Below, in pieces: positions 1 to 14,300 of a stretch of 64,000 nucleotides of DNA. Under the pieces are notes generated by a model. The model was given only the letters and a program-made list of their open reading frames with translations, was not told the DNA's origin and did not search any database. How positions within the stretch are numbered: the stretch's first letter is position 1; the number at the start of each line of letters is the position of its first letter. The translations under genes and the position numbers were made by a program. Origin of the DNA: Bilabrum cf. latius (Eukaryota); the NCBI GenBank assembly GCA_965178125.1, contig OZ237765.1:248001-312000 (forward strand), in the 5' to 3' direction.

Positions 1-514
1 GTCCTGCACCTGCATCGACTGCACCGGCACGTGTCCCCCAGGGCCGTGCATGCCAAGCCCCCCCGCCCCTCCACCGTAGGCTCCGCCCGGCATCGAGCCG
101 TTCCCGCCTCCACCGTAGTACTGATCGCCAGCCGCACCCGGCATTCCCATCCCGTCCACCGGCCCCGCGCTCGCCATGGGCACACTCCCGGCCTGAGGGA
201 AAGACGACTGGTGCGTGTGGGGGTTGGCCATGTCTCCGTTCACGTCCTGCAACAAAAGGGTCAATGAAATGGCGCGACATGTACAGGGATGCAAAGCGGC
301 ACCAACGCGCGAGACATGACAGACAGACAGGCGGGTGCACGGCACTAGGGTGCGCCTCCTATCGGCGTACTGCAGCACAGTGCAGTACGCACGATCTACG
401 CGCAGCAGAGGGGAGCTGGCCAGGCGGCCCTCCGGCAGGGGGAGGTGGGGGGAGGCGGGGCATCCGTGGGGCCTCACTCGTCACACGCAACACCACCCAG
501 CTGCATTGGCCACG

Positions 515-3500
515 TCACTGAGCGGGCGCCACCTGGGATGCCCTGACGGCCTGTGCCGAGCTGTCTTGCTCCGTACCGTACACCGCGTCCGATGAAGGCG
601 TGTTACCGTACTCCGCTTCACCGGCCTGGGCGAACTCCCCTCCTGCCCCTGCCGTGGCCATGTCATTGCCATCATCGTAAAGATCACCCGTTCCACTCAC
701 CGGAGGCGCGGCCGAATACCCGTTGGTGTCGACGTTGAAGTCCTGGTCCAGCGCTGCATCGATGTCCTTGCCAGAGGCAGGGGCACTGGGCTGTCCATCC
801 ATGTCAGAAGGGACCTGCGAGATTCAAAAAAGGGAGAGGGGGCAGGAGGAAGAGGAAGAAGGGTATGGAATGCAGCAATAGCAATAGCAGCAGCAGCAGC
901 AATAGCATTAGCCATGCAAGGCAAGGTAAGGCAAGCACACGCACGAGAGAAGGCGTCTCAGCGAGAGGCAACACAATGCAGTTGTTGAAGCTCACCACGC
1001 TCGCCTAGGGATCGGGTCCGCTGGTACCACCACCACCACCACCTCCCCCGCAGCACCCCTTGTTGCTCTCGTACTCGAGGTACTTCTCGTTGTCGGCGCG
1101 CTGCAGATAGTAGGGACCCCACAGCTCGTTGGGGAACCGCTTGTACCCCAGCACCATGGAGGGCCACCCGCACACGCACACGGCGAGGCCGATCATGTAC
1201 CACGATGCAACCATCCAATACACCCCGTTCATGAGTTCGCCGCAGAAGCCGTCCAGCAGGGGCTGCACCACCTCGTCTGCCAGCTTCTGGCAGCCCAAAT
1301 CCTCGGGAAGGTCGTCGTTCAAAAGCGGCAGCACCGCTGCCGTCATGTTGTCGAAGGTACCCCGGAGAAGCCTCGCTGCGGCGGGGCCGATGGTGTCCGT
1401 GTCGTTGAGGAAATCGTCGATGAATTCGTCCATGGTCTCGTTGATCTGGCTGGAGAAGGACCTGTACACGGAGGCGATGGCATGAGCCCCCGAGCCGTCA
1501 GTGTCCACGTCACCGCACGCGCCGAAGATGCCGGCTACCATGGCAGCTGGCCTGAACCGCACCGTAGTGTCACCCTGCTCCACCTCGCACAGGCCAAAGT
1601 CGTCGGCGGTGTCGGTGACCACGGTGCCGGAGAAAACCGACTCGCACAGCTGGGGCGCCGATCCAGCGGCGTACTATACGGCGACCGCGGGCATGGCACG
1701 GCACACGTCACTGCCCACCATGACCTGGGCGAAGAAAATACCAGCAAAGAAGAGGGATGGCACCATCAGCACGCACAGACACACCTGGTTGCAAGCCGTG
1801 CAGCACGCGTGCCACGAACCGCCGCACATCACCAGTGCAGGGATCAAAGCCATCACCGCGGCGAGCAGGGGGAAGGCATAGAGCGCAAGCCACAGACCCT
1901 CATACCCCGTGCTTACGGGGACACTGCCCCCTGAGGCCGTCTCGATGCTGTCCTCAGCCGCCTCCCGGATGGTGGCCTCGATGCAAGCGTTCGTCAGGCA
2001 CAGCGCATCGTTCTCCCAATCCTGACCGGAGGCGTCCCGCTGCACCGTGCCCCCCTGCCGCGCCTGGGATGGCGGCACCAGCTCAATCCCAAGCGACTCG
2101 CCGAAGTCTGCATCCTCGGGCTCGTCATCATCGGCGCCCGAGCTAGCGCTCGTCGAGGTGTCGACGTCGGAGCCCGTGTCCTGGGTTGCCGCATCGGCCA
2201 CAGTGGCGATCCAGTAGATGCCGCCCAGCTCCAGCGTGGAGTTGCTCTCGAACGCCTCCAGCACGGGGATGGCGAGGGAGATGCTGTCCGACTCGTCCTC
2301 CTCCTTGGCGAATCGAGCGCGCTCGGCGGGCGTTCGGAGTTCAGGCCGCAGTGCAGTGAGGCTCTTGGTCAGGGACAGGTCGATGTCCAGCCCCCCGTCG
2401 CCTCCCCCATCGATGGCGGACGAGGCCGTGGATGCGGTCTCGTTGAGCGTGTTGATGACGTTGTCCAGCACGCGACTCACTGCGAGCAGCACGGCCTTGG
2501 CCCCGCCTCCGTTCTGTGCCAGCTCTGCCCTAGACAAGGAACTGGAGTCCTGAGGGAGCTCGCTCTCGAGGTAATTCTGCATCACTGCGAGTCCACTGTC
2601 CACACCTCCCAGCGTGTCCACCGCCAGGTCACGGGCATCCGCCGTCTGGTTCTTGGCCTCATCGATGGTGTCAAACACCTCCACGGTGTTGTTCCTGGCC
2701 TCACCCAGTGAGCCGATCGAGTTGGACACCTCGTCGGCCACTTCATCCACCTCGCTCGTCTGCACGCTCATCGCCTAGCCCACCACGACCACCACGCCGG
2801 CCCGCAGGCCGTAGTTGGCGTCGCCGAACGCAAGCGGGTTGGATCCCGGGCTCGTCGGATCCTCCGCCACCATCGTCTGACCAATCTCGGCCACGTTGTC
2901 GGAGAACTTGGTGACCGAGGCAGGGTCGCTCTCGTTGGCCGCGGCCGCCGCCACGTCAGCGAGCGACGTCAGCCTCGGCTGCAGCGTGGGGATGTCTGTC
3001 TCGATCGTGGTCAGCTCGGACCCATCGATCACGTCCTCATAGTCAGCGGAGGCACGTGCGAACGCCACCAGCGCCGGCACGTCCACCGAGCACCGTACGA
3101 AGTCGGAGACGGTGCCGTTGCCAGACCCACTGGGCAGACCAGCCGAGTCCGCGACGGACTGGCACAGTGGGGCGGGATCCGCCGCGGTTGCGTTGTAGAG
3201 GTCTGTGCTGCAGATGGCGGTACCAGAGGCGGGTGGCTCGCCCGTCGAGTCCACCACGCACACGGGCACGGCGCGCTCGCATGCACCACCCGCGCCGCAG
3301 TCCGCAGCGTTGGTGCACGTGTCCCCGAGGGCAGACGCCGGGGCGGTGCATCGCCGGGCATCGTTCACCATACTGCTCACGGCAGTCTGCGCGGCTACCA
3401 GCGTGGTCTTGAGTTCCGCTTGCGCGGCGCCGATGGCCTGCGCAGCGCTCACCACAGCAGCCGAGGGAGCAGTCCCAGCGATCTGCGCCTCGTCCACGAC

Positions 3501-5880
3501 CGCCTGCACGGAGTTGTTGTAGTCGACCACCAGCGAGTCGTCCTGCTCCAGCATCTTCAGCTCGTCGATTGAGGTGTATACGTCCCGCAGCGCGTCTCCA
3601 AAGGTCCTTCGGGAGGAGGCACCAGGCACGGAGGCGTTCGCCGCAAGGATTTCTCGGATCTGCAGCAGCTGATCGATGAACGAGTCGATGGACCCACCCC
3701 CTGTTCCCTGGAGCAGCCCGATGGAGTCGTCCTGTGCCGTCACCAGATCATCCGTGGCGCTGGACAGCTGTCCCACAAGGTCCCCGCTGAGGGTCCTGTT
3801 CACCTCCACGATCTGCTCGTCCACGGTCTCAGACACGCCCAGCGTGGCGATCTCTCTCTCAAAATCACGGATTCCGTCCGCAATGCTGAACATGCAGTCG
3901 ATCACACGCCCGGACTGCGCGAGGATGCGGTCCCCGATGCGGTCCACGATCCCAAAGTCAGGGAAGGCACCGGTCAGGGTCGTGTTCAGGGCAATCAGGG
4001 AGTTTGCAACTCCGACGATATCGTCCAGCACGTTCTGCACCCGGGAATCGAACAAGTCCGCCCGCACGGCTACTGTGCGGTTGAGAGCGTCGTCCACCTG
4101 GTTGATCCGATCCAGGGCCAGCCTCGCACTGTTTGCCACAGGGGACACCATCGCCGGGGTGAAGGCGTTTACGGCCGACCTCAGGTTCCCCAGCCCGCGG
4201 CCGAGCACCTCGAAGTCAACGTCATCGTCCAGTGCACCGCTCAGAGCAAGCGTCAGGACGGCGGCACTTGCCCGGGCCGTCACGGCCGCCGTCGAATCGC
4301 CGTACTCGCTTGTGGTGAGAGCCGCACCAAAAGCATCGAAGGGCGCCACGGCCTGCCCACCCAGCACGCCCACCGCGGCTCCCGCGGTCACTGCCACCGT
4401 TCCGTTGGTGAACTCTCCGTCGTCGACCTCCTGAAGAAGGTTCGCCACAGCGGCAGCACCCTCGTCCTCGTCGGTCACGTCGCTCAGGTCCTCACCGAAC
4501 GACAGCGCGGCTGTCGCGGCGCCGTAGAGCCCTGCCGGTTCCGCAGTGGCGGGGCCGAGCCCGCTGATGAGAGTGCCGTTGAATTGCCCGGATTGCTGCG
4601 ACACTGCCGTCATGCTGGCGGTCAGAGAGTTGAGCCTTGGGATAGTCCCGTTGGGGGGTGCCTGTAGATCGTCTTTGATGTCCTCGATCAGCTCCAGGAC
4701 ACCGTCCACCAGGCCGGCGATCTGGTCGAACTCCGCGTCGGTGGGAAGCATGCTGATGGTCCCGTTGATCACGCAGCTGGCATCATCCCGGAGCTCCCCG
4801 ATGTCGATCACCTCGCCTGTGAAGAGGTTCCTGAAAGACTGGAGGAAGGGCGACACGGCCTCCTCGGCGACCGATTCCATCCGGTTGTTGATGGGCACCG
4901 ACAGGCCTTGGATCACCCTCGCCGGTCCGTTGGGTGCCTGGGAGATCGCCACGGCGGAATCCGTCACGCCCTCGATGCCCTCGGTCTGGCCCAGGATGAC
5001 GTACACCACCACGAACACGGCGAACACCACCGTGCACGCGCGGACGGCCCAGCGCTCCCAGCAGGGATAGACCTGCTCCTCCATCTGCGTCATGGTGGAG
5101 GCGGCCTTGGCAGACGCGCCCCCCATGTCCATCCCAGTCCCCGTGGAGCCGCTGCTGCCGCCGTCCGCGCCGTCGCTGTCAGCTGGCACGAATCCGCAGC
5201 AGGGCCGGCACAGGATGAACTCGTCCTCGCGCGCAGTTGGCACGCTCTCGCCGCACCAGCCGTATTCGCAGCAGCCGCAGCACTTGCAGATGCAGCAGCA
5301 CATGCCGCAGCGGCACACGCACAGGAGCAGGGCGAAGAGCGGCCCCACGATCGCGAAGAGAATGCCGAATACGGTGTAGGCTCCCACCGCCTGGCCGTAG
5401 GCGACCACTGAAGTAGACTCTGGACTTCCAACATTGCCGGTATCTGGCTCAACCTGCGCCACAAAAACGATGTCAAGGGGTGATTATGTCGAGAGATAAC
5501 GAGGAATTCAAGCAAACGCAAAGCTGCACGGCTAGCACGCGAACTCGCGCCTTTTTCATGACCCGTAACACTTGTGTGCGTAGTAACATGTCTTTGCGGG
5601 GCAAACATTAGCCATTCGGACTCGTGAGGGCCCAAAGCATACCCGCAGCGGGAACGGTCGCAGACTGTTCCTGAGGCTCAGCAAGCTGTGCTCGCTGACG
5701 GGCCCAGCGAGGCATACGCGCGATAGCTTCTCACAAAACTACATGCTTCGTAATCTTGTCCAACTTGATGAGTAGGACAGTCCAAGAGATCATAGTCGAC
5801 CAAATCAGCGGAGACGCTCTGACCAGCTGCATTTCTCGGCAAGCTGGAGAGGTGCTGAGCATGCGCCTGATCCTCCGTTG
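515..5880 (-). CDS. Prominin/tweety-like multi-pass membrane glycoprotein (5' end unresolved)
   Basis: ORFs 2775..5462, 1674..2771 and 1005..1622 join in frame through TAG at 2775, 1674 and 1005. Introns at 815..995 (GTGAGC...GCAG) and 5454..5734 (GTGAGA...GCAG) keep the frame, and the stop is TGA at 515. Topology: TM1 followed by a Cys-rich loop (CVCRCGMCCCICKCC), TM2, a very large extracellular region, TM3/TM4 ending GSDVC, a second loop, and TM5 (FCGELMNGVYWMVASWY...WPSMVLGYKRF). This resembles prominin. The signal-peptide-like ORF at 6172..6354 may be the first exon. Confidence 0.65.
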
Positions 5881-6565
5881 CTGCGAGGACAGGGGCTTTC
5901 AATCTGACACATTTACCATGATAGAACCGCTGGTTATACGCAATAAGGCCAAAGATTCGCCCGTGTGCGACCCCTCTAGTAACCGTTCGAAAACGCGAGA
6001 ACAACTCATAAACTGCCGTAGAGGGCTAGTACGGCGGTTTAAGCCGGCTATATCCATTTTTCGATACGCACTCTATAAGATAGTGCTACGATACATCGTA
6101 TCAAAGCAACATGGCCCCAAGAAATGGCCAACGCCTCGGGTCACCGATCACCTCGCTGGCTTTGTGCATCGCTAGTTTAAGGAAGCCCACTCCGATATTA
6201 CATTGCGTACCATAACATTTAACACACAATTAATCTCACCTCGGCTGCATACCTCAATAGTATTGGGCCCATCGCGCACATTGAAGCACGAATGCTCTGC
6301 TGCAGATGCAAGCAAAGCTGGCGCGAAGGCAAGTGCCAGCCGCACGCTGATCATAGCTGATAGGCTTCGATTAGTTGTCTAACACTAAGAGCGCTAATTC
6401 GTCAAGGTTTCGTAGGGCTGAATCACTTCTTTCAAGCTCAGCAGCGCTCGATTTTGTATTCCTTCGCGCGGTTTCGAGTGATGCGCGGCGCCAGGTCGCA
6501 CACACTATGTTCCGTACTTGAGCCAGGTGCTTGGTCGCACGTAGCAACTTGCGCGCGACGTTCAA

Positions 6566-8266
6566 TCAAAAGCGCGATGTGTGCACCAACCCAGCCGTCA
6601 AGTCTGCCTTGGGGCCCTATGCCACTGCTCGTACGCTCATCATGTCTTTTTCGGTGCGGCGCAATCCCTTTTTCCGTCGCTCTTTCTGCTACTTTTCCGC
6701 AAGCAAGGGGGCCACAAACAAGCCGTGCACCACGGCGCCGGCGCCGCGCGGAGATCTCTTCCGTGCGGAACCGCCAACTGGACGGCGCTGCGTGAAACGG
6801 GCCCCGCGCCGCCGCCCGAACGCCGCCATTCGGTCGCCACTGTCGTTCGCTGCATCCATCAGGAGAGGCACCACTGCTGCGGCCGACCCCCGCTTCGATT
6901 CCAGAGACTGCCGCGGCGCATCTCCCGACCGAGCACGGGCGCCTGCTGCTCGAGCACTTGCTCCGAGCCATGCGTCATCGTGCTCGCTTCGGAGCCGCTG
7001 GAGCTCGTCGTACCCACGAGGCTGCGAGGTCGGGCCGGCGCCGCGCAGGCTTGCGGAGCCGGACCGCTGCAGCTGCGAAGATCCCGCCACAGCAGGCGAT
7101 CGGCCGCTGCGGCTGCCCCCCCTCACCGCGGCCTCGTCACTTGTCACACCCATGATCGCGCTCAGATCCAGGGAGGGCACCGGTCCGCGAGATGCTCGCT
7201 CGTGCGAAGCACCTGCTCGAGACACCTGCGATGCTCGCCCGGCAGCAACCGGGGAATCCCCGCCATCATTCGATTCCGAGTCGTGATCCCGGTCCCCGAA
7301 GGCCACGGACTCGCTGGCAAAACCGAAGGCGGTCTCGTCGGGCGATCGCGCTGCGCCCCGCGGCGATGATGATGCGGATGACGAAGCTCGCGCGGCGCGC
7401 CGTGTCACCGCGGGACCACCCCGACCTACAGGCATTGGGCCCAGATCGGATCCGCTCGCCCCGTATGGTGTGACGAGTGCGGACGGGGGAAGGTTCGCGA
7501 ACTCGTGCGCGCGATCGAGGGCTTCCCTCCTTGCCGCTTTGACCGCCCTCTTCCTTGTTCCCTGGACCAGGGCCGTCCGCCGGGCCTCTTTGTCCACGAC
7601 CGTGGAGATCTCCGTCCTCGTCATCCGCTTGGGGTCCTGAGACCTGGGCGGCATCGGCCGCACGAAGCGCGCGAGGGGCCCCAGGTGCGCCACCCCGCCC
7701 CACATGGCGCTCCGCGCCGCCGCGCTGGACTCGCCGTGCGCGCCCGCTGCGTGCCGAACCGCCCGCATGAGAGCTGTGGGGCGCCTGGGATTGATACCCT
7801 CTGCCGAGTAGCCGTCACCGAGCGCGGCATCCAGTGTGACGAGTGTGTCCTGGCCTGCGGCGCTGGCTGCCTTTGACTTCTGCTGCGCGGATTCCACGTT
7901 CCGCTGCCTGCGCGGAGGCAGGTCGCCCTCGACGGCTCCTTCCTCGGTGTGACGAGTGTCATCTGCACCTTCCCCACCCCACTCGTCACCCTCGCCTTCC
8001 GCTTTCCCCGCCCCATCGCTATCTCCGTCCTCCAGATCCGTGCCTTGGCCTTCATCGTCCTCCTCGTCCTCGTCCTCGTCCTCGTCCACAGCGGGGGGCA
8101 GCGCTTCATCCAGATCGGACCCGTCTGGAGCTCCAGCACCACCGTGCAATGAACCACGGGCCATCCGAGAAGCTGCGCCCCGCGCTTCCTCCGAATCCTC
8201 GGTTGCAACCACCCGGGGCTGCAGGGACATGTAGCCGATGACTCTGCTCGATGATCCACGCCGTCC

Positions 8267-8315
<49 letters not shown>

Positions 8316-11300
8316 ATGGACCCGTTTTTACCCCCCAGAGTCCCATCACCAGAGCCAGACCGACCTCCTCCCAGCGAGGATTGCACGGCCTGCCTGGCGT
8401 ACTCAGCGGCGTTCTCCTCCTCTCGATCGTCGTAGAACGCGGCTTCGCAAGCGCTCGCCACGGCGATCCCGAGGGGCACGGCATGATGCACCTACCCCTC
8501 CACGTCTTCGCCCGCATGTCCACCCGTCGCACTCATCACACTTCCACTAGCAGTGCTGATCCGCCTCATAGACATCCTGGACCGGAGCTTCTCCATCCTC
8601 GCGTTGGTCGCAAACGGGTTGTCCAGGGCAGACGACCCCCCGGCATAGACGTCCCCTGCAGCCTGCGCCTCGTGCGCCTGGCTCGCTCCACTCGTCACAC
8701 CGTTGTTCCCCGAACTGCTCCGCTGCGAGAGGTCAGCACCTAGCGCTAGATGGGTAAGTGCTCTGTGGATTGCCTAGGCCCCTGGCACCTAGCCCTGCCC
8801 CTGTCCCTGGCCTCGTTGATTGTGCTGCCTGTGCGTAGCAGACTCTGTCTTCGGACCGCGATGTGCTGGGGGTCTCGATCCTGGGGGCTGGGGGCCAGAA
8901 CCAGGCGGCTTGGGCCCTGCGATGGAGCCGTCGTGGTTCCTGCGGCCACCCGTGGGCACGGCAGTCGGGATGCGGGCCAGCTTGGAGCCGGTCGAGTCCT
9001 TCGTCAGGTCGATGGAGGAGCCGATGGCGCTACGCTGCAAAAAAGAACGCATCGGGTTTCGACCCCGCGCGAGGGTTCCGTCCACCGCGTCGTGCTGTAC
9101 CCCCGCGCTCGCTCCCTTGTGCCTGCCTCCGCGCCTGGTTCTCGAAGAGGACTTGACCTGTCTCACTGCACCGGCCTGCTCTGCGATGGCCCTGAGTGCC
9201 TCGGTTTCCTCCTGTGCAATCCTGACGAACGGCAGGCGAACCTTCCGTAGGTCGAACACGCTGGCAGAGGCAAGGGAGGATTCCTCCTCCTCCAAAGCAG
9301 CCACAACGTCCACGTCAGGGCTACCAGGATTCTACTCCACGCCACCGTCGGGGGAATCGCCGCCACCATCGATCCCAAACGAGTCTGACTTGTCGTCTTC
9401 ACCCCCATGCAGTGCAGCCTCCGTGGCCGAAGAGAGCGAGGGCGGTGCCAGCAGCCCGTGGAGCTCCAATGACGCCTGCAGCAGCTCACCAGCCCCGCCA
9501 ACACCGCCCCCATCCCCGTGCACGCCACTCCCATGGCCCCCATTCACACCCACATAATCCTCCCCAGACCCCGGCAGCACAGTCACCGCCTGAGCGTCCT
9601 CTTCGTCGAGCCCGTCCCCAACGGAAGAATCCGCCAGCGAGCCGCCCCCTCTCGGTCGTGGCGGACCCCCGAGAGCCCTGGGAATGGAGGCACTCCCGGT
9701 CCCACCCACTGAAGACATGGTGCCAGCACCAGAACGCCCGCTGCTGATCGCGCCCCCGTCGCTGTCGCTCGAGTCGTCGTCCTCGTCTGTGCTGGCGTTA
9801 AAGCTCCTTGCTCCGTCCGAGTCGTCGCTGCTGCTGTCAGACGCTTGGTCGTGCACCTTGTTTGGCTCACTGACTCGGATGGGGCCGGGCCGACCGTCCT
9901 GTCTGACCCCTTCCGCAGGTTGACTACCGGCCCCCCTGCGCCTGGCCTCACGCCGGGCCTGCTTCCGCTTCTTCCGCCGCGCCGCTTTGGCCACCCTGGC
10001 GCGCTCGTCCACGTCATAGGCAGCCACTTGTTCCCTGAGAAGCACCGACGGAAGCAGCATCTCGGGCCTATCAGAGGCGAGTGCCTCGTCGAGCTGTCTG
10101 ATCCTTGGGCTGAGCATCGTGATGTTGACGGCACGCCTCAGCTCTCTCTCCCTAGCGCTGATGCTGCCAGCACCACCGACATCGCCGGCGCCCTTGCCAG
10201 CGGCGGACCGAGATTGCAACGCACTGCGATGCTTTGGCGCCAGTGCCCCGCCCTGCTTGCTTTTGCTGCCGCCCGGCGGACCGGCATCCTCATCACTGTC
10301 GGAATCGATCCCGCGCGCCCCGCCTCCAAACCCGACGCCCTTGCCCCTTCCGAACACCCTCGCGGACAGCTCACCCTCGTTGACCTTCGCCGCAGCGCCC
10401 CTCAGCTGCCTCGCCCTCTTCTCGATCCGCTCCTGCACCCTGTCCAGCGCCTGCACCTCCTGCTGCTGCTTCTAGGCCAGGCGGCCGGTGCGCGTGTCAA
10501 CCCCGATGCCGCGGCGCCGGGCCGCGCGCGGTCCCATCGCGTTGAACGCGAGCTGCCGCCTGGACGCCGCGGCACCGAAAATGTGCTCCTGCGTCTCCAC
10601 GAGTGCCCGTCGACTGGGCTGCGCGAACGTGAGCTGCAGCAGGTGACCCATGACCCTGCCCAGCCGTGCCGCCACGCCGATCACTGCCGCGCTCTGAACA
10701 GAAGCCCTCGCTTCCGAGCACAGCAGTGCGCTGCGCTTGTTCGCTGCTTCCTGCGCCAGCCGACCCACGTCGGGAAGAGGCTGCAGCAGAGTGTCTCGCG
10801 CGTGCTGGGCAGATAGAACGGCCTGTGAGTGGCGGCGGCCGCCAGCCCCCACTCCTGCTCCCGGGGCCCCCACAACTGCGGCGGCGCGTGCCGGCATACC
10901 GCTGTGCTTGCGGGCGTGCTCCGTGAGCTTGGCAAGCCGGGGGCCGCGGAATACGTCACCGGGGGGCAGAGCCGTGGGCGCCTTGGGGCGGTGTCGAGGG
11001 GCGCCGCGCGCGCTTGCGGAACCATCTCGAGGTTTCGCCTCGACGCCGCCGCCGCGCGCCGAGGATGTCGTTGCTCGTGCGGCACGGTTTCCGCTAGCCT
11101 GGGCACTGGATGCACTGCTGCGTGCTCTGGTGCGGATGGCAGCGCCACGTTCTTCACCGGCGTGCTGTCCAGGCTGTTCCCTGGCGTGATTCCGCTGTTC
11201 CTCAGCCTCCTCCAACAACCTGCGGGCCATCTCCGCTGCGGCCATGAGGGCCTTGGTACCAAGGGGACGGGCGAGGAACCGGATGTGCTCCGACCGGAGG

Positions 11301-14300
11301 AACAAGATCTCTGCAGGCTGTGCCGCAATCGCAGCAAAGGGTCGTTTGGTGGCACGGCCGGGCAGCTCGATGCTCTGTCCCGGTTGGCTCAGGAGGGCAC
11401 GGCTGCTCCCGCGTATCGCACCGCGCATGAAGTCCACAGAGGCCCTTCGCTAACGTACTGCTCGCATGGCAGTGCTGCTTTGACCACCTTCTGTCTGACC
11501 ACCTTTATCGCCGTGCTTCGATCCGCCGCCGTATTTTTCTGCCGTCTTTGTTGCATACTTCTGAATGGCTGCTCGCTTGAGTCGAGTCCAGGGGTTGAGG
11601 TCAGAGGACACCCCGGAGTCGGGAGAGGTTCCTTGGGGGTCGGGCGCATCTGCCAGCTTCAGGATGGTGCTGCTGCCCGCTCGCTGGCGTCTCCTGCCCG
11701 CAGCTGAGGCGCCGACCTTGTCTGCCACGACGTCGAGGAGGTTCGCCGTAGATGCGAACACGCCTAGCTGGCTGCTCGTCGAGTCCCGCCGCATGTCGCG
11801 CCTACCATCCCCAGAAGAGCTAGTCTTCAGGTAGCCCACGTGGTAAGGCCCGGAACTGGTGGTCCCAGGTTCGAACCCGAAAGCCTCCTCCCCGTCTGCC
11901 CCGCGCCCCGTGTCTTGGTCTTCAAACTCGTCGTCGCTCCATGCCTCCTTTCCCACAGTCATGATGGGCTGCTCGCCGCTCCTTCCGCCCCGCCCTCTCG
12001 ACGGTGAGTGCCTGCCACTGCCACCAGCACCACTGGCACCACCAGGTGAACCGCCGGTCCCAGCACCACCGCCACCACCCTTGCCATTGCCATTCCCACT
12101 GCCACTGCTGTTGCTTTCAAGGATCGCAGCGGATGCTGGGGCCACCTCAATCCTGCCCCTCGAGTCGGCAAGCAGCGGCAGCACGCTTTCCTCGCCGAAC
12201 CAGCTGCCCGGCTCCACCCTCCGGACAGTCACCTGCGACCGTCTCGTCTGCGTCACCTCGTGCATGGCAAACTTGTCACCGCTCCGATCGGCGGGATGCC
12301 TCACCGTCACCTTGCTCTCGACGGTTGCAACCAGCTCGATGGACCCGCTCAGACAGAGGCACACGGCATCCACATCTTCTCCCGCATCGTAGATCGTCTC
12401 GTCGGGCTGGTACACCTTCAGCTCCATCCGTCTCGCGAGCGTCATGAGCCTAGGCAGCTGCCAGCCGTCGAATAGCGGCAGTCGCTGGAGGTAAAACGCA
12501 ACTTTGCGGCCCCTTCGGGCTGCATCCTCCCCAAGTGCTCGCTCGTAATCGGACATCGACAACCGCACCAGGGACACTCCGTTCTGACCGTCCGTCCGAC
12601 TGGTCCCCGCCCCTGCCTTGCCTCCCATCTGCTTGAGCCTCTTGGCCTGGAGCATCTGCTCCGCAATGTCCTCCTGCCCCTGCTTACCCGGCGGCCGCGC
12701 CACCACCGCGCCGAACCCCTCGCCCACCAGAGAGAACCTTCGACCGAGCATGCCCACCGCGCGCCGCAGGGCGGCAGGGGTGGCTCGGCTACCGGGTCTC
12801 GATCCCGGGCGGCTACCGGGTCTGGATCCCGGGCGGCCGGACCCACGGGATCCCGGAGTCTTGCTGGGGGATTTCCCCTGGTGAGCCACCCCCCCTGCTG
12901 CGGACCGCATCGGGCTGGCACGCGGGTTTTGGCTCCGAGTAGGACTGTTCCTGCCCCTCTTGGTTCGCTAGGCCGCCTTCCGCAACCTGTTCGCGATCGA
13001 GTCGATGGACTTCGTGTCACCACCACCGGGCGCCCCCTCTGCACTCGCGCCGTTCTTGAGCCTAGGTGTGCGCGGCCTGGCGCCCGCGCTGCTGCTCCTC
13101 CTCTGCCCTCCCCGCCTCAAGTTGTTCCCTGCCCCACCACGACCCCCTGCACCCCCGGCTTTGACCGCCATTTTGGCGTCCTGCAGCACTGTGCTCATCC
13201 GCCTGCCCAACCGCCTGTCTCGCTCTGCCAGCCCCGCCTCCAGGACTCGGAGCCACGGCATGGAGCCCAGCGTGTCCCCAGATTTGATCGTCTTGAAGTC
13301 CATGCCCTGGCTGTAGATCGCCTGACCGCTCAGCACAAAGTACACCGAGCCCGCCTCCGGATCCAGCCGCTCCCCCGGTACCAGGTGCACCAGCACGAGA
13401 GCTCGGGCTATGGGTCCCAATTGTGGCGCGCTCAGCATGGCAAAGTGCGGGCTGCGCTGACGCAGCCACCCTGCCAGCAGAGCTAGCTGCTTGCCGTCCC
13501 TGGCCGCAGGCACGGTCTTCAGTGCCTCCCGCACCTGAATGTCCCCAGAGTAGGCGTCCTGGTGCAGCACTTTCCAGAACTCCGGCCTCTTGACAACCCA
13601 TCCCGGCAGCCTCGTCCTCTTGTTCATGTCTGGAAGGAAAAACTCTACGTCCATCTGCCCCCCCAGCCGCCGCCCCTCACGCCTTTCCGCCGCCGCGTCA
13701 GGTCCGCCCGCACCGTGGCCCGAGGGCAGAGAAGACGACCCCGGCAGGCGGGTGCGGCTGCCGAGGTGTCCCGCCAAGCTCGTCACACTCGAAGCAGTGC
13801 CCACACCCGCTGGCGCCGCCGCCCCCCTACCCCCGCGCTCGCCCCTCGCACTCGTCACACCACCGATCAGCGATGCGGCCCTCTGCATGGCGAGCTCCTT
13901 GGCTCGAGCCGTCCGAATGGCGTCCCGCGCCCCGGCCTCTGCCGCGGCCCTGATCGCAGTGTCCTCGTCACCCCTGAGCGCCTCAACCGACTGCTTCGTG
14001 ACGGAGATCACTGCCTTGGGCATGGAATGCGCGGCGCCGGTTCCGCTGGAGACGTTGTTCCCTGGGGCCGCCTCACCCCTCGCTTTGGATAGAGCGGCCG
14101 CCAGCCGCTAAAGCCTCGTCTGCTGCTGCTGTTCCTGCTTACTGGCTCTGCCGCTCCCTGACGAACCACTGGCCCCACCTCCCTTCCCGCTGTTCCTGCT
14201 GGATCCATCTCGGTTCACACCTCGCAGCGAGGCGTTCACACTGGCCTCCTCCAGACCGGACAGGTCGGCGGCCCCCCCCTACGCCGCTGTGCGGGCGGCC

